From Isurus oxyrinchus (lineage: Eukaryota): a stretch of 64,000 bases of DNA. Below are positions 48,301 through 61,790 of the stretch, in pieces (the first letter of the stretch is position 1; each line of letters opens with the position of its first letter). The position numbers and the translations under genes were made by a program. The stretch is from positions 20,956,001-21,020,000 of the forward strand of contig JANJGN010000011.1 of the NCBI GenBank assembly GCA_026770705.1. The letters are read 5' to 3'. Below the pieces are notes generated by a model that was not told the origin of the DNA, ran no database searches, and saw only the letters and a program-made list of their open reading frames with translations.

Positions 48301-49881
48301 CAGATTGTAAGTGAGCTAATTTCACATTAACAGGTTTTAGTGAATTTCAAATTACTTTTAACATGAAAACCAAAGTAACTTGAGTAACAAAAATTTAATG
48401 AGTTTCAATTACAGAGAATTGTAGGCATATGCTTCCAAGTAGAATTTAAATGTAATTGGTATCCCTGAAACCTGTATGGTTAATAATGATGGATTGGATG
48501 CTTAGTTGAAAGGTTCCACGAGGTCACAAAGAAGAGGATTTAACTTTATTTGTGAAGCAAATTAGTGGGAGTTGATAATTGAGTGGGAAGATATTGGTCA
48601 GGATAGTACTTGGAGAGTAATAGGCACGATTCAGAGAAAAGCAATTGTACTTCTCTGATTTAAAATCAATGGCCCAGATCTCCTGGTCAGTGGCAGAGTA
48701 GGAGTGCACGTAGCTGACTGTGATTTTAAACTGCCCACTTACGTTTTTACACTGGAGCCTTTGGGCCGTCTGGTCCCAGCTCCAACTTGGAATCATTGTC
48801 CAGCAGTCTGGGAAGGCTTAGTGGTGAAGCTTAACTGAAGTAAAGCCATGCCCCATCATCATGATATGAAGACAACTCCTCAAGGTCTGCCTTCAGTTTA
48901 TTGACTTGCAGAGTTTTTAACTCTCCCTGTCTCCACCATCCCCTCCTGGCCCAAGCCTGACAATACTCATGCCACTCCGCCAGCAGTGCTCGTTGCCTCA
49001 TTGCTTATCCCTAATTTCCCTTGAGTAGCTGTTGGTGAGCTGCCTTTTTGAACCGCTGCAGTCCATCTGTTGTAGATACACCCACAGTGGTGTTAGGGAG
49101 GGAGTTCCAGGACTGGGCAACATAAAATTGGCAATCAGAAGTTTAAACCTCCCAAATGAGTGTGTGCGTGTCAGGACTTCCTTAGAGACTTGACACGCAT
49201 AACGGCTTATGTTGAATCGTTTGCCACTCCCAATGAGGGAGTCGGGGGAGGGGCTATAGGTTACTGTTAAATAGGGACATGATAATGGAAATCTCCCTCA
49301 CAAAAAGCATTAGTATATGTGTGAAAAGTTTAAATATCAGGAAAGTAAGGACAAATATAAAAAGCAGCTGAGGATAATCTAAGTCAGAATTAGAAATGTG
49401 AAGATGACGTTAGAAGAACAAAGAGCTGTTTTTTCCACTTGAAATAAGTCAGAGAATAATCAAGGGCTGCACTTATCGAGACAAGTATGAAGCTAAATAT
49501 ATAGCCAGTGAATGAAATAACTTCAAAAATGGTTTTAGCTAGGATTTAATGTGCGTAAAATTGCTCATGCTTGATACCGTTTCCCCTACAGTGTCTGCAG
49601 CAGTGGCGAAGGTCATAATATGAGCCAGTGGGTTCATTATATTCAGTAGTTAATTAAGATCCAGGTTGATTTAAAGATGAATTACTGGCCCCATTATTGG
49701 TCCCTGAAACTTGCAGATTTGTGTATTTGACTTTGGAAGGGGGAGGCAGTTGGAAAATGAACGTGATATATTAACAACTTAATTTCTGTCAGTTATTTTG
49801 GATTCCTAATAAGATTTTAGCAATTATAGGCCCTGTTCTAAACTGGCTGCATTCTTTGTCCTGCCTAAATGCATCACCCCA

Positions 49882-50635
49882 CATAAGTGTAAGGTGATGC
49901 ACTTGGGCAGGACAAACAAGGCATGGGAATACACGATGAATGATAGGACCCTGGGAAGTACCGAGGATCAGAGGGACCTTGGTATGCATGTCCACCGGTC
50001 CCTTAAGGTAGCGGGACAGATAGATAAGGTGGTTAAGAAGGCAAAGGGGATACTTGTCTTTATTTGCCAAGGCGTAGAAGATAAGAGCAGGGAGGTTATG
50101 CTGGAACTGTATAAAACGCTGGTTAGGCCACAGCTACAGCATTGCATGCAGTTCTGGAATCCACATTATAGGAAGGATGTGATTGCACTAGAGAGAGTAC
50201 TGAGGAGATTTACCAGGATGTTGCCTAGGCTGGAGACTTTTTGTTATGAGGAGAGATTGGAAAGACTGGGGTTATTTTCCTTGGTGCAGAGGTGTATAAA
50301 ATTATGAGGGGCACAGATTTTCCCCCTTGGTGGAGGAATCAATAACCAGGGGGTATAGATTTAAGGTAAGGGGCAGGAGGTTTAGAGGGGATGTGAGGAA
50401 AAATTTTTTTCACCCAGAGACTGGTGGGAATCTGGAACTCATTGCCTGAAAGGGTGGTAGAGGTAGATACTCTCATAACATTTAAGAAGTATTTGGATGT
50501 GCACTTGCGATGCCATGGCATACAAGGCTATGGGCCTAGTGGTGGAAAATGGGATTAGAATAGTTAGGTACTTGTTTGACCGGCACAGACTCGATGGGCT
50601 GAAGGGCTTTTTTCTGTGCTGTAGACCTCTAATGA
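49882..50635 (+). mobile_element. Relatively young CR1 3' copy
   Basis: ORF 49894-50307 [34 protein letters not shown], followed by the 3' UTR. Confidence 0.9.
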
Positions 50636-51344
50636 CTTTGAGGAAGTGACCAAACTAGTGGGGTTGAAGATGGTCTGGTTGATATTGTGTCCCTCACCTT
50701 ATAAAAACATTCAATGCTGTAGCGTTATTAGCTATTGGGGGAAAATCAGGAGAACGTAATATACTGCTTAGATTGGATGGGTAGCTGCCTGGAATCATGG
50801 AAGCTAAAATTTGTTAATGGAAGTGGCTCTTAAAGAAACCAGAGTACAGTTGGTGATCCGCAGGGTTCTGTATTGGGATCACTGCTGATTATCAGTAATT
50901 ACCTAGAGGAAGGCTTAAATAGAATTAGTCATAAAATCATGGATAATACGAAGATGTGAATGAGGATTAATTATCCCTCCCAATATCTCCTCAGGTGTCT
51001 CTGCATCAATTTCAGTGCCTGGTCATGTTTTTATGAAGTGCTCTGAGATGTTTTTCCATCTTAGAGGCATTATATAATGCAAGATATTGTTGAATAATTT
51101 ACCTGCACATACATTTTGTATTTTAAGATGGCATTTTTGAAGAGTAGATCAAGTGGACACATTTCTAATTTAAATGGTTATCCTAAAGGCTCCTTGGCTT
51201 GTTTTAGTTATTGTGTTTTATTATAATCCACAAAGCTATCGTGTTCTATTACGTCATCATATATGATGAAGCTACAGTTATATTTTGAGTCTTAAAATCT
51301 GATTTTATTTCTCTCCCCCTACCCCCGGCTCCACCCCCCACCAG

Positions 51345-51482
51345 AGGATAATAATGAATGTCAGACTGGGTCAAAGAAGGATGAGCAGAATGACAAAGAG
51401 AAAAAGGATGAAGAAGAAACACCAACGTCTACTTATCGAGCCAAATCCATTATTGAGTCATGGGTTTGGGGCAGGCAGCCAG
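51345..51482 (+). CDS. HERC2: HERC2 third coding exon
   Basis: Pyrimidine tract ..ccaccag|AGGAT...CAGCCAG|gtaata, 138 nt, phase 1-1. (E)DNNECQTGSKKDEQNDKEKKDEEETPTSTYRAKSIIESWVWGRQP; recalled human NDKEKKDEEETPAPIYRAKSILDSWVWGKQP. Confidence 0.96.
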
Positions 51483-51597
51483 GTAATAAACAGTCTGTTT
51501 CGAAGAAGACATATTGGACTTGAAACATTAACCCTATTTCTCTCCACACATTTTTTTGCCAGACCTGCTGAGTTTTTTCAGCGCTTTCTGTCTTTGG

Positions 51598-53125
51598 ACC
51601 ATAAGACATAGGAGCAGAAGTAGGCCATTCGGCCCATCACGTCTGCTCTGCCATTCAATGCGATCATGGCTGATCTGATAATCCTTAACTCCACTTTCCT
51701 GCTTTTTCTCCATAACCCTCAATTCCCTTACTGATTAAAAATCTATCTCAGACTTGAATATACTTAACGACTTAGCCTCTACAGCCCTCTGTGGTAAAGA
51801 ATTCCATGGATTCACTACCCTCTGAGAGAAGAAATCCCACCCCTCTGCCTTATTGGACGACCCCTTACTCTGAGGTTATGTTCTTTGGTCGTAGGCTGTC
51901 CCACAAGGTAAAATTACCTCTCAGCATCTACCCTTACAAGCCTCCTAAGAATCTTAAATGTTTCAAAAAGGTCGCCTCTCATTCTTATAAACTCCAATGA
52001 ATACAGGCCCAACTTACTCAATATCTCCTCATAAGAAAGCCCCTCCATACCTGGGATCAACCTAGTGCACCTTCTCTAGACTGCCTCCAATGCCAGTATA
52101 TCTTTCCTTAGACAAGGGGACCAAAACTGTTCATTATTCTAGGTATGGTCTAATTAGTGCCTTGTATAGTTTAGCAAGACTTCCCTATTTGTATACTCTA
52201 CTTCCTTTGAAATAAAGGTCAACATTCCATTTGCCTTCCCTATTACCTGCTGAACTTGTATGCTAGCTTTTGTGATTCATGCACGAGGACCCCCAAGTAC
52301 CTCTGTGCTGCAGTTTTCTGCAGTTTTTTTCCATTTAAATAATATTCAGCTCCTCTATTCTTCCTGCCGAAGTGCATAACTTCACATTTTTCCACTTTAT
52401 ATTTCATAAGCCAAGTTTTTGCCCATTCGCTTAACCTGTCTATATTCCTCTGTAGACTCTGTCATCCTCACCACTTCCCTTCCCACCTATTTTTGTGTCA
52501 TCCACAAACTTGGCGATAGTACATTCACTTTCTGCATCCAAGTCATTAATATATATTGCAAATAATTGTGGCACCAGCAATGACCCCTGTGGCACTCTAC
52601 TAGTTACAGGTTGCCATCCTGAAAATGCCCCCTTATCCTAACTCTGTCTTCTATTAGTTAGCCAATCCTCTATCCATGCTAATATTCTACCCCCAATACC
52701 ATGGGCGCTTATCTTATTAAGTAGCCTTATGTGCGGTACCTTACTGAACACCTTTTGGAAATCCATGTATATTACACCTATTAGTTCCCCTTAATCTGTC
52801 CTGCTTGTTACCACCTCAAAGAATTCTAATAAATTTGTCAGGCATGATTTACCATTCATGAACCCATGGTGAGTCTGCTTGATTATTTTATGCATTTCTA
52901 AATGTTCTGCTATTATATCCTTTATAATAGACTCTAACATTTTCCCAATGACAGATGTTAAGCTAACTGGCCTATAGTTACCTGCTTTTTTTCTCCCTCC
53001 CTTTTTGAATAAGGTTGTTATATTGGCAGTTTTCCAATCCTCTGGGACTTTTCCAGAATCTAAGGATTCTTGGAAGATTACTACCAGTGCATCCACTAAC
53101 TCTGTAGGCTGCTTCCTTTAATACT
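51598..53125 (-). mobile_element. CR1 LINE ORF2/3' UTR, preceded by a short Penelope end (51495-51595)
   Basis: VPEDWKTANITTLFKKG..NYRPVSLTSVIGKMLE..HGF..KSCLTNLLEFFE. Confidence 0.9.
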
Positions 53126-55939
53126 ATGCTTGACCCTTCTTCTTTTTAAAGATATGTTCCTTCCTTTCTTTGACTACGGAAATGGTTCTACAAAATTATG
53201 AATTATTCTAAAGTTGGCACACAAAGCAAGGATATTTCTTGAAGTTACTAATTCCTAGATCCTGCTAGACTTTATAAAAAACCTTGTCTGTGTGATCATT
53301 TATTGCCTATTGTATTTTATGATTGAGAACTGCTGTTTAGCTTTGGGATGTTTCATTTACATCTGATATATGACTTGTTATTTTCTAATCCAAAAGCATC
53401 CAGATTAGGTTATGCTATCTGTGGTTTATCTGGGCTGAAACTTTTGTGATGTGTCTAGGGAGGAAGGTGCTATTGGAAGTGTAAATATTTCTGTATAGAA
53501 ATTCATAAATTGATCATAGTTCTTTCCTTCCCAATCTAGCATTATCGAATTCTGTTCCATTCCATGAATACTCTGCCTGAATGCAGGCCCTTGGCTCATT
53601 GTCTACTGATGTTTCATGTTGAGCCATTTTTCTTGGCATTTTTTCTCAGTGGTAGTTTGCCATTGCTTTCCACTGTCGGGGGTGGGATGAGGAGTTCCCA
53701 AGTCTACCTCAGCTGAAACCGGAATCAAACCCGTGCAAATTGGTATTATTCTGAACCGCATGCTTGCCATCAAGTCAACTGAGCTAACTGGCTCCCTTCA
53801 GCATTATTGAATATCATGTCCAAATCTGCCACCATCTCTGCAGTTTGAATTCTGATTCAGGAAAGTTACTTCTCTGGTCTATTAAAATCTTGCTTTCTGT
53901 TGCACTAACATCCCCTGGGTCACCTTAATCTTTAATGGATTGCCATTAAGTAAGGACATAAGAACATGAGAAATAGGAACAGACCCATGATCCTGCTCTG
54001 TCATTCAAACAAATCATAGCTGACCTACCTCAACTGCACCTTCCTGCACTGTTCTTTTATTCTATTTTGTTCGATCCTGCTTCTGTTCTATCTTTGTACC
54101 ACACTTTTTTTTGCCATTCTAAACAACTGTAGCAATTTCATATTTTCTTACCTCCTCCTGTGCTGTATCATTCTTGTATTTGGCCCATTAGTCTATGCAA
54201 ACTGTTTGAAAGAGCTATCCAATGAGACACTTCCCTGCTATTCCCCCATAGCACAGCAAAATTTTTTCTGTATGTATATATCTGTTTCCCTTTTGAAGGT
54301 TACTATTGAACCTGCTTCCACCATCCTTTTAGGCAGTGTATTCTAGATTATGATAACTGGCTATGTGAAAACATTTCTCTTCATCTGCTCCTTGGAATAT
54401 TTGCCAATTATAGTAAGTCTGTGCTCCTCAGTTATCAACTCTCCTAATGGTGGAATCAGTTTCTCCTTTTACTTTTTACATTGTTACTCTTTACATTATC
54501 TATCTGCTTCTTGCAGTGACTATTCTTCAAAAATACTCATTAGCTGTAAATGCTTTGGGACTCCATGAGGTAGTAAAAAGTGCTATATAAAATGCAAGTT
54601 TTCATTCTTTGTTTACTGCATCAAAACCCCTCATAATTTTGATATTATTTGAATCTCCTGTTAAGTTTATTTGCACTAAGGACAATAATCCCGTTCTGTT
54701 AAACCTTCGCACACTCTCTCTATAGTGTGGTGCCCAGAATTGGACACACTATTCCAGCTGAGGCCTAACCATCGATTTCTTTTTCATCTCTTCCTTGCTT
54801 TTACACTCTATGCCTCTGTATAATTCCATATATTTTTTAACAGCTTCAACAACAATTATGTGTGCGTTGGGACATTTTAATATGCTAAGTGTGCTATATA
54901 AATACAAATTGTTGCTGTTGTTGCCCTGACACCTTCCAAGATTTGTGTATATCAATTTTATGGAGACATTTGAGGTTTTAGACTGTCGTTGGTTTGTTTT
55001 CCCCATCTTTGTTTTTTTGGGGTTTTTTTTGTTGGTTTCATGAGAGTTTACGGTGCAGAAGATAACTATTTGTCATTGTATCAACTGCCTATTTTGTGGC
55101 ATTCAGCCTGCCCTTTCCCAATACCTTTAAATTATTCTTTTTCAAATATTTAACCATCTCCCTTTTAAAAAGCTAATATAGATGATTTTTTCCCCCACTC
55201 CAGAGAATTATCTTAACAATCTTCTGTCTGGGTAAAAAAAAAAGCCAAACCCCTCCCTTAATCGTTTTAGCATTGATCTTAAATTTATGACTTCTATTCA
55301 TCAACATTGACAAGTAGAAGTTGTTTTTCAGGACATAGTCTGGGAGTTCAGAGCGAGTTGTGATTGGAATGTGCTTCTTGATGGGATGCTGGAAGCAGAT
55401 TCAATAGTAACTTTCAAAAGAGAGTTTAATAGATACTTGAAGGTAAAAAAATTTACATGGCTGTGGGTAAAGAGGTGGGGAGTGGGATTAATTGGATACC
55501 TCTACTAGAAAGCTAGCACAGGCCACCTGGTCGTCTCTATGTTCTATCATTCTGTGATTGTAGGATTCACTTTTATCAGAAATGCTAAATTTTAAACAGC
55601 TCTACTAGATCTCTTAACCACCATTGCTCAAATGAAAAGAGCTCCAGTTTCTTTAATCTCTCCTCGTGACTAACGCCTCATCCCTGATATTTTAGTGAAC
55701 CTTGACTGCATCCTCTCCATGGTTTTGATGGCTGCCTTAATTTAAGACGCCCAGGAAATGGTGTTATAACTGCCACCTAACCAGTGTATTAGTTTAGCAT
55801 TGCTTCTTCCATTTTGACTAGCTCTAGTTGTGAAATCTAGCATCCCATGTGCATTTTTGACAGCTTTAACAGCATGTTCTCCTACTTCTGTTGCATTTAC
55901 ACATTACTTACTGTCCTTGACATATTGGTGGTATGGGGT

Positions 55940-57303
55940 CATGGAGTCAGAGGTCTACAGCACAGAAAAATGCCCTTCAGCCGATTGAGTCTGCGCCAGT
56001 CAAACAAGTATCTAACTATTCTAATCCCATTTTCCACTACTAGGCCCATAGCCTTGTAGGCCATGACACTGCAAGTGCACATCCAAATACTACTTAAATG
56101 TTAGGGGAATATCTACTTCTACCACTCTTTCAGGCAATGAGTTCCAGATTCCCACCACCCTCTGGGTGAAAAAATTCTTCCTCACATCCCCTCTAAACCT
56201 CCTGCCCCTTACCTTAAATCTATGCCCCCTGGCTATTGATCCCTCCACCAAGGGGAAAAGTTCCTTCCTGTCTACTCTATCTATGCCCCTCATAATTTTA
56301 AGTTTAAGGCCTTCTGTGAGTTTGTGCACAGCAGATAACTTGGCAGTGGTACCAAGATGACACCCATCACGTGCCAATGTTCTTTTAGCAGATCTGAGAG
56401 CCAGGCTGATCTTGTGACTCAATTTCAGCTGTGCAACAAGCAGCTGCTCCACAGACATGATCAGCCCTGCACTGTGCATCCAGAAGATCTCAATGTTTTC
56501 ATGGGCTAAGCTGTGACCTTTCCAAACATACTGTTGTCCAGGGTAACCATATAGCAAAAATCAGTTGGCATCAAACAAAAATAATAACGTCACATCCCAT
56601 GCCTGCCTCTCATGAGTTGATTTCCCTCTGGTTAGAGTTGATAATTCTTAGCAGAGGTACAAAATCCAGAGAGGACGCAATTGCAGATCTTGTCCCTTAT
56701 AAAGCTCTTTTTCTCTCATGAGCAGCTTTAATGATAAAGTATTAGAACAAGTAAATCGAATTTAATCCAGATAAGTGTAAGGTGATGCACTTGGGCAGGA
56801 CAAACAAGTTACGGGAATACACGATGAAAGGTAGGACCGTGGGAAGTACTGAGGATCAGAGGGACCTTGGTGTGCATGTTCATCGATCCCTTAAGGTAAC
56901 GGGACTGGCAGATAAGGTGGTTAAGAAGGCATATGGATACTTGCTTTTATTAGCTGAGACATAGAATATTAGAGCAGGAACGTTATGCTGGAACTATAAA
57001 ACGCTGGTTAGGCCACAGCTAGAGTACCGTGTGCAGTTCTGGAATCCGCATTATAGGAAGGATGTGATTGCACTAGGGAGAGTGCAGAGGAAGATTACCA
57101 GGATGTTGCCTGGGCTGGAGAGATTGGATAGACTGGGGTTATTTTCCCTGGAGCACAGGAGATTGAGGGGGGACATGATTGATTGACCAAGGTCCCTCTG
57201 ATCCTCGGTACTTCCCAGGGTCCTACCTTTCATCGTGTATTCCCGTGCCTTGTTTGTCCTGCCCAAGTACATCACCTTACACTTATCGGGATTAAATTCC
57301 ATT
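55940..57303. mobile_element. Rearranged CR1 copy: 3' part (-, 55940-56300), 5'/middle part (+, about 56755-57182), duplicate 5' part (-, 57186-57303)
   Basis: The pieces join into one continuous CR1 (…GDMIE | KIMRGIDRVDRKE…) closely related to 49882-50635. Confidence 0.85.
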
Positions 57304-57760
57304 TACTTGTTCTAACCCTTTGTCATTAAAGCTGCTCATGAGAGAAAAAGAGCTTTATAAGGGGCAAGATCTGCAATGTTGATTGCGTCCTCTCTGGATT
57401 TTGTACCTCTGCTAAGAATTATCAACTCTAACAGAGGGAAATCAACTCATGAGAGGCAGGCATGGGATGTGACATTATTTTTGTTTGATGCCAACTGATT
57501 TTTGCTATATGGTTACCCTGGACAACAGTTTGTTTGGAAAGGTCACTGCTTAGCCCATGGAAACATTGAGATCTTCTGGATGCACAGTGCAGGGCTGATC
57601 ATGTCTGTGGAGCAGCTGTTTGTTGCACAGCTGAAATAGAGTCACAAGACCAGCCTGGCTCTCAGATCTGCTAAAAGAACATTGGCACGTGATGGGTGTC
57701 ATCTTGGTACCACTGCCAAGTTATTTGCTGTGTACAAATTCACAGAAGGCCTTAAACTTA
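56299..57760. repeat. Long inverted repeat: arms 56299-56871 and 57186-57760, 314-bp spacer
   Basis: Outer ends taagtttaaggccttctgtga / tcacagaaggccttaaactta; inner ends gggaccttggt / accaaggtccc. High identity with scattered substitutions and a 6-bp indel. Confidence 0.95.
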
Positions 57761-58469
57761 CATTTTTTGCTATGTTATACTCTGGTTAAAAGAAAAAAAT
57801 GTTTTCTACACTGTTTAATACAGTTGGTAATTTTTGGAGGCAGCCCTTTGCTAATCTGATTCCTTTTTTATTAATTAATATTTTAGCTTATTTTTAAATA
57901 CTGAACAGAAAATAAAAGTTTAAATTGTTAAGTTTTAAAATGAAATGCAGTTTTAGTTAAAATACAGTTTTGTAGTGTTCTGTTCACAAAGCAAAATTTT
58001 CCAATGCAAAGATAAGAATTTAAAGTTGTGTGTGAAGTGTCAGATAAGCTAGTTCTTGGAAACTGCATTGCAGGAAGTTGGTGTGACTTGGCTCAGATGT
58101 GACAAAGTTGACACAGGATTAGAACTCTGGCCCAGTAGCATGTTAATCATCTAGAAACAGAAGGAGTATTTAAGAACAAACATAAAATGGTATTTCTGTA
58201 ATCTATATATAATAGAAAAGAAAAGGAGCTTATAATTCATAGGTGAAAACTAGACCGCAGTAGTATTGTACAATATTGGGAAAATAACTTTTTGTTTACA
58301 GATCAAGTAGTTAGTCTCAACAGGTAGAAGTCACTGTATCTAGACTGAAAAAGGACAAATAGGATAACATGATTTGTAAATGACACTCAAAAGACTTTCA
58401 GGAGGGGTAGATTCTGCCTGACAAACCTTGAACTTTTTGAATCTCAAAATCATAAAATTGGTATGGTGC

Positions 58470-61400
58470 AGAACGTAAGAACTAGGAACAGGAGTAGACC
58501 ATTCAGCCCCTTGAGCCTGCTCTGCCATTCAATAAGATCATGGCTGATGATCTTGTGTTTCGATTTCCACATTCACATCTACCCCTGATAACCTTTGATT
58601 CCCTTGCCTAACAAGAATTTATCTATCTCTGCCTTAAAAATATTCAATGATACCGCCTTCTGAGGCAGGAGGATGCCATTTGGCCCATTTTGTCTGCGTG
58701 AGCTCTCTGAATGAGCAGCTCACTTAGATCTGTTCTCCGGCCTTCTCCACTTCCACGATCCTGCACATTTCATTCTTTTCAAATAATAACCCTGCCTCCA
58801 CCCCATACTCGGGCAGAGCATTCCAGACCCTAACCACTCACTGCTTGAAAAAGTTTTACCGCATATCACTATTACTACTTTTACTAATTACTTTAAATCT
58901 GTGCCCTCTCGTCCTGGATCCTTTCATGATTGGGAATGTTTCTCCCTATCTACTTTGTCCAGACCCCTCATGATTATGAATACCTCTATCAAATCTCCTC
59001 TTAGCCTTCTTTTTTCAAAGTAAAACGGTCCTTCTCCAATCAGTCTTCATAACTGAAGTTCCTCATCCCAGGAACCATTCTTGTGAATCTTTGCTGCACT
59101 CTCTCCAATGCCTTCACATCTTTCCTAAAGTGTGGCACCCAGAACTGGATGCAATACTCCAGTTGAGGCTGAACTAGTGACTTATACAAGTTCAACATAA
59201 CCTCCTTGATATCCTACCCTATGATCCTATTAATAAAGCCGAAGATACTGCATGCTTTATTAACCTTCCTCTCAACCTGTCCTGCCACCTTCAATGACTT
59301 ATGCACATATACACCCGGTTCCCTCTGCTTCTGCATCCTCTTTAGAGTTGGACCCCTATTTTATGCTGTCTCTCCCTATTCTTTCTACCACGCTGAATTA
59401 CTTCACATTTCTCTGCATTGAACTTCACCTGCTGTTGACCGCCCATTCCTCTAACTTGTCTATGTCCTTTTGAAGTCCTCCGTTATCCTCCTTATAGCTC
59501 AAAAAGCTTCCAAATTTTGTATCATCTGTAAACTTTGAAATTGTGCCCTGTGGCCCAAGATCTAGATCATTATTATATATCAGGAAAAGCAAAGGTCCCA
59601 ATACAGACTGGGAAACTCCATTACAAACCTTACTCCAGCCTGAAAAACACCATTAACCAATACTCTGTTTCGTGCTACTCAGCCAGTTCTGTATCCATGC
59701 TGTTACTGCCCCTTTTATTCCATAAGATGTAACTTTGTTCACAAATCTATTGTGCGGCACTGTATCAAATGCCTTTTGGAAGTCCATGTACATCACATCA
59801 ACAGCATTACTCTTATCAACTTTCTCTGTTACCTCTTCAAAAAAAAAACTCCAGTAAGCTAGTTAAACATGATTTTCCATTATGAAATCCATGTTGGCTT
59901 TCTTTAATTAACCCACATTTGTCCATGTGACTATTAACTTGGCTCTGAATTATTGTTTCTGAAAGTTTCCCTACCACTGAAGTTAAGCTGGCTGGCCTGT
60001 AGTTGCTAGGCTTATCTTTCCACCCTTTCTTGAACAATGGTGTAATATTTGCAATTCTCTAGTCCTCTGGCACCACCCTTGAGTCTAAGGAAGACTGAAA
60101 ATTTATGACCAGTACTTCCACAATTTCCACACTCACTTCTTGGAGTATCCCTGGATGCATCTCATCCAATCCTAGTGCCTTAACAACTTTAAGTACAGTT
60201 AACCTTTCCGATACCACCTCTTTTTTCAATTTAAGCCCTACAAGTGTCTGAATGACCTCCTCTCTAACCATGGCCAGGGTAGCATCTTTTTTGGTAAAGA
60301 CACTTGCAAAGTATTCATTTAGTACCTCAGCTATTCCCTCTTTGTCTCCATGTGTAAATTCTCTCTCTGGTCCCTCATCATCCCTATTCCTCCTTTTACC
60401 ACTCTGTTACTATTTATATGCCTATGGAAGACTTTGGGGTTCCCTTTTATGTTAGCTGACCGTCTCTTTTCATACTCCCTCTTTGTTTCTTCACCTCCCC
60501 TCTGAACCTTCTGTATTCAGCTTGGATTTCAATTGTGTTTTCTATCTGATACCTGTCATAAGCACACATTTTCTTCTTTATCTTAATTTTTATCTCCTTT
60601 GTCATCCAGGGATCTCTGGATTTGTTTGCCCTACCTTTCCCTTTTGAGGGAATATACCTTGACTGTGCCTGAATTTTCTCTTCTTTGAAGGTAGTCCATT
60701 GATTAGCTACCATTTTTCTTGCCAATCTTTTGACTGCAATTTATTCACCCCAGATCCATTCTCATCCCATTGAAGTTGGCTTTGCTTCATTTAATTTTGC
60801 TTACTCTAGACTGTTCATTGTCCTTTTTCATGGTCAGCCTAAATCTTGTGATACAGTGATCACTGTCCCCTAAATGTTCTCCTACTGACACTTGGTCCAT
60901 TTGGCCTACCTTATTCCCAAGAACCTGGTCTAGCAGTGCCTCCTTCTTTGTTGGACTGCAAACATACTGCTGAAGAAAATTTTCCTGAACACAGAACTTT
61001 TGACCCTTTTTGTATTTGGATTATTCAAGTCCCCCATTGTAAGTACTCTATAATTTGTAATCCTCTATAATGTGTTCCTCTACATCCTTCCCACCAATTG
61101 ATGGCCTATAGACTACACCAAGCAATGTAATTACACTTTTTTTTGTCCCTTAGCTATAGAAATAGATTCTGTCCTTAACCCCTTCCTGTTTCTCCAGCAC
61201 TGCAATGCTCTCCTTAATCAATACTGCCACCCCTCCACTTTTTCTCCCTTTCTTATCTGTCCTGAACACCTTGTATCCAGGAATATTTAGCACCTTGAGC
61301 CAGATCTGTTATAGCCACAACATCATATGCAATCTATGCCTGTAATTCACCAATCTTATTTATCAAACTCTGTGAAGCCACAAACACGCACAGTAACCCT

Positions 61401-61790
61401 GATTTAGACTCTATTACTTTCTCTTTAACTCTGACCCCACCTATTAACTTAGTATTCCCTATTCTAGTGCTATCTATCTTTCCCAATATTCTGTGCACCT
61501 GGGTGTTCCTCTCTGATATTATCTTCTAGTTCGTTAGTTTAGAACCTTCCCAACAGCACTAGCTTAACAACCCGCCAGGAACTCAGTTCCAGCTCTGTTC
61601 AGGTGCAACCTGTTTGGCCTGTACAGGTCCCATCTCCTCCAGAGCCAGTCCCAATGTGCAAAGAATCTAAAACCCTCCCTCCTGCACCATCTTTCCAGCC
61701 ACGCATTCATCTGTCTTATTTCCGTGTTTCTGTACTCACTTGAGTGGCACTGGGAGTAATCCATGGACTTGAAGATGTAAAGATCCTTTA
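58470..61790 (-). mobile_element. Long decayed CR1 LINE including ORF1 SGNH/GDSL esterase remnant (separate CR1 3' end at 58470-58660)
   Basis: ORF1-like NAWLERWCRREGFRF..WDLYRPNRLHLNRAG (61564-61764); ORF2 pieces (NYRPASLTSVVGK, QHGF..KSCLT); 3' UTR near 58660. Confidence 0.88.

Noticed and set aside
51354-51611. 85-aa basic ORF (MNVRLGQRR...)
   Set aside because: Wrong-frame reading of the HERC2 exon running on into the intron.
56090-56557. 155-aa ORF
   Set aside because: Chimera of duplicated flank and the CR1 ORF2 end created by the rearrangement junction; no sign of a gene.
58302-58323. Candidate next HERC2 exon (tttgtttacag|ATCAAG...CAG|gtagaa)
   Set aside because: 22 nt, frameshifting, and unlike the expected DVNELKECL sequence. 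No matching exon was seen before 64000.
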